A stretch of 64,000 bases of DNA from Felis catus (taxonomy: Eukaryota), in assembly GCF_018350175.1 (NCBI RefSeq), contig NC_058368.1, positions 165,480,001-165,544,000 of the forward strand, in the 5' to 3' direction. A program made the translations under genes and the position numbers. This document shows, piece by piece, positions 55,424-64,000 of this stretch. Within the stretch, counting starts at the first letter, position 1. Each line of letters opens with the position of its first letter. The notes under the pieces were generated by a model, which saw only the letters and a program-made list of their open reading frames with translations, ran no database searches and had not been told where the DNA came from.

Positions 55424-55829
55424 GAAACTTAACAGGAACCCACGGGGGAGGGGAAGGAAAAAAAAAAAGAGGTTAGAGTGGGAGACAGCCAAAGCATAAG
55501 AGACTGTTAAAAACTGAGAACAAACTGAGGGTTGATGGGGGGTGGGAGGGAGGAGAGGGTGGGTGATGGGTATTGAGGAGGGCACCTTTTGGGATGAGCA
55601 CTGGGTGTTGTATGGAAACCAATTTGTCAATAAATTTCATATATAAAAAATAAAAATAAATAAAAAAAAAAGAAGAAGATGGAATTGAACATCACTCCAT
55701 TATCTCCAGCTTGGAAGAATGAATGAGCTACAAAGTAGGGAAAGTGTGCATTTTTCTCTTATACTACATATAAGGTGCCTGTTAAATACCTGTAAGGAAA
55801 AACCATTGATATGGCAAGAAATCATCATA

Positions 55830-55927
55830 TTGTAGTTTGATCAGATTTGCTCTTTTTTTTTCCCCCTTGGGAGAACATAATGATGCATTTTACAACACAT
55901 GAATCTTTAGATTTAATGAAATACAGC
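55830..55927. mobile_element. Possible MER104/Tc2-like DNA transposon remnant
   Basis: TTTAGATTTAATGAAATACAG terminus resembles the recalled TIR. Confidence 0.35.
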
Positions 55928-55997
55928 TAACAAAGGTAAATGACTACTGACCATTAGAGTACAATATTCTTGACTCCAATCAAATATGCCTACGTTA

Positions 55998-56223
55998 GGG
56001 GTGCCTGGGTGGCTCAGTTGGTTAAGTGTCAGACTTCAGCTCAGGCCATGATCTTCTACTTGTGGGTTCAAGCCCTGTGTTGGGCTCTGTGCTAACAGCT
56101 CAGAGCCTGAAGTCTACTTCAGATTCTTTGTCTCCTCCTCTCTCTGCCGCTCCCATGCTCATGCTTTGTCTCTGTCTCTCAATAAATAAATGCTAAAAAT
56201 ATTTAAAAGTAAAAAAAAAACAC
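55998..56223 (+). mobile_element. CanSINE
   Basis: TSD CAAATATGCCTAC(G/A)TTAG 55981-55998 and 56224-56241. Confidence 0.94.
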
Positions 56224-59200
56224 CAAATATGCCTACATTAGTAATGATGCAGATATATTATTCACATTCATGTGTGTAGATCCCAAATTCCTGATAGAAA
56301 TATTTACTCAGTTTGTTTTAAATTAGAAAACTATTACTGCAGAGACTATAGCTAGTTATTAATATTCCACAGCATTTTGCTTTAAAAATACATTTAAAAA
56401 TGAAAAGATTGATTTAAATATCATAGAAATCAGGAAGAAATATAAACATTATAATATTAATGTTACCATGCATAATGAGAAGTTCACATATATGTAAATT
56501 CCATTATATACTTCCCTTCTCCCCTAGAGTTCTGAAAATTAATAGAAAAAATATAATTCTCCTATAAAATATGGGTTCTTTCTCCCCTCATACATAATTA
56601 GTGTATGGGTTAAAACTACAATAGTCGTTTGGTAATTCTGCCTTATAACTTATTCTAAAACTGATTTATTTGTCATGTACTTATAATAAGCTATAAACTT
56701 CTTAAACATCCTAAGCTAACAATTTTGGTAAAACACAGCATTTGATGCTATATGCATCATCATTGTCAGAGATGTACTTTTCATCTTTAAGAAAGTCCGT
56801 TAGCTAAAAAAGGATTTGATCAAGCTGTAGTTGGTGGTCTATTAAGGTAGACACTTGGATGAATCAAAGTACAATTCAGATGTGAAGGGACATTACGCTC
56901 TCATCGTGCACCGGAAATGATTTCATCATTGGGCAGATGCAGTATCCCTGGCACCACCAACTCTTCTGCAAAACCTGAATGTGAACGTCCTTTGATGACA
57001 CTGAACCAAGGGATATAAATCTCAGAAAATATAAAGAAAAAAGTAATTTCATCAAATGCTTGATCTTTTACTCTTTAGAAGAAGATGTATAAAAAAATTA
57101 TACTGATGATTTAGTGCTTATCCGCATGGGTCCTTGTATTACATTTTCCAGGTTCTAGACGTAACATTGCAAACAAAAGATTTTAAATCAATTTCAGAAA
57201 GCATAACCCAGAGGAATGATATCAAAGGTCTGAAAGAATTTAAAATATATGGTAAGTTAAACTTGAATGCTTTCAATTAGCAGCAGATTGAGGATTTTTT
57301 GTTATTTTGAGGCTTCGAATTGTCAAGGCATGTGTTCCCCCAATATGCCGAATTCAAAAAAAGATTTTAACCAAATATACAAGGAAAACAAAATAACTCC
57401 TCCACTAGTCTACTCATTTTAAACAATATAAAAATAGTTCCTCTTTGAAGGAAGAAGTGAAACATGTTGTTGTCAAGTTATTGATTCAGTGCACAACAAG
57501 CAAACTGGCACTTTAGGGGGAAAAAAATGAGTGGTACAGTTAATTCTTCATCGGTTATCAAACATGCCCCAAATGAAAATTTCTCTATTGTGGCGATGTT
57601 TAAAAAGCAAAATGTCATTAGCCATCACAGAATCCCTAATATAAAAATCAATCACTCATTTCATTTAATAGACTATTCTCGAAGGTATTTCTAACCACGA
57701 TTTAGCTAATAACTGTAAAAACCAAAGGAAAAAGTAAGCCTATGTATTATTTTGTGTATTTCTAATAATTCAGTCACACTCATACACCTTAAAGGGAATA
57801 CAGAAACTCCAAATCCAGGTTGAATGAAAAAATATAATCAGGTAGTGTAATTATGAATTTGTTCCTTCTGGTTTGATGAAATGCATCTATTCTATGTTGT
57901 ATAGTCTGTGCACTTAGGAACATCTGTACTTATATTGTTGTGTAAAATGAACAGCTATTGAGCTCTAATGGACTTCATTCTGGGTTTTAAAATTCCTGAA
58001 AATGACTTTGAGATCATTAACTCTGTAAGCACTAATGCATGCTGCACTCGTAAGAGTGTAATAAAGACAAACTTGAGTAGCTAACCTTAAAACTGCCTTA
58101 ATTCTAAAAAGAAACATGTACATATTTTTGCCATCAAAGCAGGAATAAAAAACACATGATTTATTATATTTTTGTATTTAAAAATGTCATTTAAAAAAAC
58201 AGAAAATGGATGTGTAACTTGCAGAATTTTCCTAAGTTGAAGGAAATTCTCTTTGAGGCTTTTTTGCTTGAACTTCTTTATTTGGACCACAATATAAGTT
58301 ACCCATCCAGGATTGGGTGATCATCATCTCTAGTGACTAGACACTAGTTCACTCACTTTTTTAATAAACACTTTTTTACATATACATATTTAATTCATAG
58401 AGAATAGTGTTGGGGAAAACGTGCTTTACTAGTTGATCAGTTATCACTTTGATAAGAAAGGACCATGTTATCTTGTCACTTTGATAAGCAATATATCAAT
58501 TATTTGATAAGCAATATATTAACGTTAGTGTATACCTCTATAGCAAAGTAAACAGAATTATCTGCATAATGTATACAATGATTACATTCTGCAAAATTGG
58601 CCAAACAGTGGAAAAGAAATAAAGCGTCTTCAACATTAGATCCAGAACATATGCTAACTCTGCCTCCACAGATTGTCGCCATTTAGAGTCTTGAAATGCT
58701 GCATAATATGTAAGTCACTCACACAAGTTATTGAACTATGCAGGCCTGAATTAAGTGATGTTATGGTTATTGAATGACATGACCAAATTAAAATTCCAAG
58801 ATACTTTAGTATTATTTTTATATTAAAACAAATATGATTTTCTACAACTGAAATGGGTAAAGGTGAAATTCCCAAATATCTCTGACAATGAAGTATAACA
58901 TTATGATACTGATAATACAAAAGAAAATTTTTTCTTCAAATTTAAATGTTTTGTCCACCAAAACTTTAGAGCTTTTATTTTTAAGAAATTAAATATCCTG
59001 AATTTGTTGGCAAATATATTCCATATACACTTGTGGACCATGTTGTGTGCATATTTATTGTGATAATAATTTTTATTATTCTGATTATCCTGTATTACTG
59101 ATTATAAGCATGCTTCCTTCTCTTTTGTATTCTCTCATTCTTTCTCTTTATCTCTTAAACCTTATAGTTATGCACCAAGTAGGACGATTCATATAAACAT

Positions 59201-59259
59201 ATGATAATGAGTTTGCTTAGTCTTACTTTAGAAACAGATGCTGAATTTGAGTTTAAAAA

Positions 59260-59730
59260 TAAACTTCTAATGTTAGTTTTATATTTACAGTAAAGTTGCA
59301 AAAATAACATGTAGTCCCATGAATACTACAGAAAGTTCCACCTATTATTAACATCTGGTATTAGTATGGTAGTTTAGGTATAATTAATAATAAGATATCA
59401 GTACTGGCTCACTAATATCCATACTTTATTCACATTTTCTTAGTTATACCTTGTGTCCTTTTTCTTCTTTCATGATCCCATTTAGGAACCAAGTTACATT
59501 CAGTCTTTATATCTTCTTAGGTCCCTCATGGCTGTGACAGTTTCTCAGGCTTTCGTGGTTTTTGATGACCCTGATAGTTTTGAGGTATACTGTGTTATTA
59601 TTTTTTAGGTGTTCCTCCATTTAAATTTGTATGATGCTTTCCTCATGAATGAGATTTTATCTTCTGGTCAGTAGACCACTCATGTAAAATGCCATTCTCA
59701 CCATATCTTATCAAGGATATATACTGTCCA
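59260..59730 (-). mobile_element. L1MC/MD-type 3'UTR fragment (antisense)
   Basis: GTGACAGTTTCTCAG...TTTTTGATGACCCTGATAGTTTTGAGG motif. Confidence 0.7.
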
Positions 59731-59731
59731 C

Positions 59732-59733
<2 letters not shown>

Positions 59734-59808
<75 letters not shown>

Positions 59809-60022
59809 GTATGTATATATATAATTATATGTATGTATATACACATATACATATATAATTATATGTATGTATATAATTATATGTATATATAAATATATAT
59901 AATATATATAATATATATGTATATGTATGTATTTATTATATATGTATATATAATATATATATTATATATATATTAAAGTTGGTATATATATGTATATATA
60001 TATATACACATATATATATATA
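59734..60022. repeat. (TA)n(CA)n microsatellite and AT-rich low-complexity tract
   Basis: Direct reading. Confidence 0.95.
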
Positions 60023-60259
60023 CCAACTTTAATTTTGCATGTTATCTATTTTCTATTCTTTTACTTTCAAAGTTAAATATCCTTAGTTTTAAGGTGTGTC
60101 TCTTGCAAACAGCCTATTTTACCAATATTTTTTTGAAGTTTCAGATAGAAAATGTGCACATGAGTTATATCTACTATCAACTACTTATTTTCCTCACATG
60201 AATTGGTTCCCATTCTTCCTTCTATTTTATTCCATCTTTGATCATATATAAAAGCAAAC

Positions 60260-63245
60260 ATTCAGCTAGAAGAAAACTCATAGTATTAGTCTCAGGTTCC
60301 ACACCAAGAATCTAGAATAACAAGAGCAAAATAGGCAAAGAGCACGAAGGAAAGAATAAAGATAGCAGAAATAAGTTGAACTTAAAAGAGAAAATTTAGA
60401 TTACCAGTGAATCAAAAATTTGTTTGTTTGAAAGAACAATACAATTGATAAACTTTGAGCAAGTGTGACAAAGATACAAACTACCAACATCAGGTCTGAG
60501 AGCAGATATACACACTGTACAGACATCAAAAGTATAATAAGGGAATACGATGAACAACTCTACCTAAATTTGACAATGTAGATTAAATGTTCCAGTTCTT
60601 TAAAAATGGAAAACTTTCACAAAATATCTAATATAAATTAATGGGATTAGCCTATAATTTTATGATTTTGAATTCATAATTTAAAAGCTCCCCCAAATTC
60701 TCACGTATCATTTCACTCAAGAATTTTTTCAAATCTTTAAAAAATTAACACCAATTCTATATAGTATCTTCCAAAAAAGAGAAGAGGAAGAACACTTCCA
60801 GTATTTTAAGAACCTTTTATTTTTCTGATTCCAAACCAAAGACAAGAAAAAGGTACTAAGGTCAATATCCATCATGAATACAGGAACAAAAATCCTGAAA
60901 GATATTTTTAAATAAAATTCAGCAAAATATAAAAAGTATTGTACAATATGACCAAGTGAGGCTTATTCTATAAATCTAAGACTGGTGAAATATTTGAAAA
61001 ATCAGTGAAAGAAAAAGAAAAATCACTGTAACCTGATATATTAATACTTTAAGAATTCCACTGTTAGCACTCTTATTCAACATTGTGCTAGAATTTCTAG
61101 TCAGTCTAAAAGGGAAAAATAAAGAAGACACTAGGTGTATGGATTAGAAAAAAAAATCCCTATTTACAGATGACATAATTGTTTAGGGTATCTCAAGGAA
61201 TTTAATGCTCACACAATTAATTGGCAAGTTCATTTAGGTCACAAAAGACATGACAAACAAAATAACTGCAATTTGATGTATTAGCAATTACCACAAGTAC
61301 ACCAAAATTAAACACATAATGCCATTTTCAGCTGCTTAAGAAAGTGAAATGCACTGGTGTAAATCTAACAAAACGTGTATAGAACTTGTGTGCTAAAAAA
61401 TCACAACGCTGATGAAGAACTCCCAAGATTTACATAAAGAGGCACACTATCCTCATGGATAGGAAAATTCAATTAAAATGTCAATTTTCGGGATCCCTGG
61501 GTGGCTCAGCGGGTTGAGCCACCGCTTCAGCAGAGGTCATGATCTCACAGTCTGTGAGTCTGAGCCCCACATTTGGTTCTTGCTGACAGCTCAGAGCCTG
61601 GTGCCGACTTCATCAGATTCTGTGTCTCCCTCTCTCTCTGCCCCTCCCCCGGCTCACAATCTGTCTGTCTCTCTCAAAAATAAAATAAAAACATGAAAAA
61701 AAAAAACTAAAGATGTCAATTTTCTCCAAAACATTTTAACCCAATTATTCTCTAAATCACAATTTTTTGTAGATATAGATAAATTTATTCTAAATTTATA
61801 TGGAATAGCAAATAGAACTAGAATAGCTCATAGAAGTCTATACAAATTCAAGAGTTGAGTGGCGACAATAATCAATCCTGTATGGTAATGGTGGAGGCAT
61901 AGGCATGCAGATTAATTGAACAAAGAGCCTGAAAATAAACTCAAACAAAAATGCCCAACAATACAAAAGTAAGTCAACAGAAGAATAATACTTAAAAAAA
62001 AAAAAAAAAAGGTGTGCAACTGGACCATCATAAGTTAAATAGAAATGAACTCTGACTTAAGTTTTACACCTTAAAAGTATTATTCCAAATTGATCATAGA
62101 GTAAAATCTCAAACATAAGACTACACAATTTTTAGGAAAAACAAGAAAAATATTTTAAATTTAGGAATGGGCAGGATTTCTTAGACTTGGCACCAAAGTA
62201 CAATATATAAAAGGAAGAATGAAATCGTGGATTTAAAGAATTAAAAACTTTTGCTCTGTGAAATACCGTTAAGAAGATGGAGGAGAAAAAAAAATGGAGC
62301 TACCAAGTGGGAGAAAACATTTCAAACTGCCTATTTGACGAAGAGTAGTATCTAGACTAGATCAGTAATATATTGCCAACCTCAATAATAAAAGAACAAA
62401 ACATCCAATTAGTAAATGGGCAAAATACATAAACTTTTCAAAGAGTATGCACAGATGGCACAAACATGTAAAGATGTCCAACATTATAGTCATTAGAGAG
62501 ATGCAAATTAATACTGCAGTGAGGTATCAGTACACACCTATCTAAATGTCTCAAATTTAAAAAAAAATTGTTTTTAAGTGTCAACACCAAATACTGGCAA
62601 GGGTGTTGAAAAGAACAAAACTCTTACACTGCTGTTAGAAAGGTAAAATAGTAGATCAGCTCTGGAAAAGAGTTTGTTTCTGAAATCTAAATATATAATA
62701 ACCATAAACTAGTAATTACACTCTTGGGTATTTATCCCCCCAAAATGAAGATTATATTAGCACTAAAACCTGTACCCAAATGTTTTTAGCAGATTTATAA
62801 TGTCCAAAAGCTGGAAACACAGACACCTTTCAAAAGATAAATGAATGGCTAAGCAACTGGTACATCCATATCAAGAAATATTTCAGAGCAATAAAAAGGA
62901 ATGGGTTGATATGTGTAACACATTGGGGACTCAATCCACAGAGAATTATTGAATTATAGAATATCCTGGAAGGTTATAAGCATAAGATTTCATTTTTCTA
63001 ACATTGCTAAAATGACCAAATTGTAGAGATGGAGAATGAATCAGTGGTTGCCTGATGCAACTGTCAAAGAGCAACATGTGGGATCTCTGGAAGAGTGATG
63101 GAAATATTTGGAATTCTAACTATATTAACACCCATATGATGGTTTTGCTAAATGTTATCAGTGGGACAAAGAATGCATGGGATGTCTGTTTTATTTCTTA
63201 CAACTGTATGTGAATCTATAATCATCTTAAATTTTTAAAGGGAAA
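60260..63245 (+). mobile_element. Old L1M (ORF2 remnant to 3'UTR)
   Basis: Degenerate ORF2 motifs (CTATTTACAGATGACATAATT = LFxDD region) and L1M 3' end. Confidence 0.88.
61490..61710 (+). mobile_element. CanSINE inserted in L1
   Basis: TSD ATGTCAATTTT 61478-61488 and 61713-61723. Confidence 0.92.
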
Positions 63246-64000
63246 AATCAATAGTAGTTTTCCATGTATTGATACAGACTAATGCACAGAGTTTAAGCAT
63301 CAATACTTGCTTTAGCTTCCTATCTCATGTGCAGTATTTCTAGTTTACTTTATTTGTAAGGAAGTAAATGTTCAGCTGCTACTTTCAAATGTAGAACACA
63401 GCAATCCATGTTTTAACCATTGTTTATATTTTAATTTCTGTTCCTTTGTATAGAAGTATTGTTTTTGAGACCAGCTATTTCATATTTATTAGAAATCAGT
63501 ATCCTGTCTATATCTTTTTCTGCATCTTTATCTGCATATGCACCCATATCTATTTACCTAAATTTATTTTAATAAGAGTAAGTGCTTCATGGTGTTTATT
63601 TGTTTTGCAATCTTGATGGGAAGTACCTCATGAAAATAAATGTTTACAAAATGTGCTGGCACCAAATCTTTCCTCAGTGTGGAGTATCAAGAAACATGTC
63701 ATAAATAATTGTGTTCAGAACTGAACAACTGTTGAGAATCTAGAGTTGATAAGCTTAAAGTTTCATTGCTTAAAATAAATGGTGGATGTTTGAGATGTTG
63801 AAATTTTCTTACCTGTTTTCAATGTTTAATCAGTGTGGAGGAAGTGGATACAGAAAATTTCCTCCCAGAAGGGTAATAGACCAGGGCAGGAGTTAGATTA
63901 GCATAATTTCAGTAAAACACAGACCAGCAACACTTCAAAGATTGTGAAAGCAAGCATTTGTCAATGATACAACTGAGAAAACTCTCAGTGATGGTGATAG

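Larger units (their letters stand above)
49732..55669 (+). mobile_element. Full-length young felid LINE-1 (5'UTR, ORF1, ORF2, 3'UTR, A-rich tail), retrotransposition-defective
   Basis: GC/CpG-rich 5'UTR; ORF1 and ORF2 translations with EN, RT and CCHC motifs; AATAAA and A-tail; perfect TSD AAGAAGAAGATGGAATTGA at 49713-49731 and 55670-55688, preceded by TT (TT/AAGA endonuclease site). Confidence 0.97.

Noticed and set aside
1..64000. CRISPR arrays, operons, retroviral genes, numts or processed host pseudogenes
   Set aside because: None seen; the only reverse transcriptase is canonical L1 ORF2

Overview
AT-rich, repeat-dense mammalian genomic DNA from a felid (cat lineage), judged by about 21 tRNA-derived CanSINEs, several of the young felid type (GGGGCGCCTGGGTGGCGCAGTCGGTTAAGCGTCCGACTTCAGCCAGGTCA...), and carnivore-type LINE-1s. 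My rough by-eye boundaries put LINE-1 at about 40-45% of the window. The main elements are a young full-length but disabled L1 with a perfect 19-bp target-site duplication (TSD; element 49732-55669), an older full-length L1 (1820-8750) nested in an ancient antisense L1, several truncated, deleted or inverted L1s, MIRs, a MaLR LTR with internal sequence, and microsatellites. No host protein-coding gene is recognisable. The only real coding sequences are L1 ORF1/ORF2 remnants; other ORF-track entries are repeat-derived or noise. A few minus-strand exon-like segments plus a plus-strand bias of younger L1s hint at an unannotated or non-coding minus-strand transcript. I found no convincing novel biological system. 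The most interesting structures are a twin-priming L1 inversion, a fold-back palindrome in a TA repeat, a self-complementary TA minisatellite with a 309-bp-offset duplication, and a dimeric SINE. Repeat subfamily names are from recall, not from a database search.
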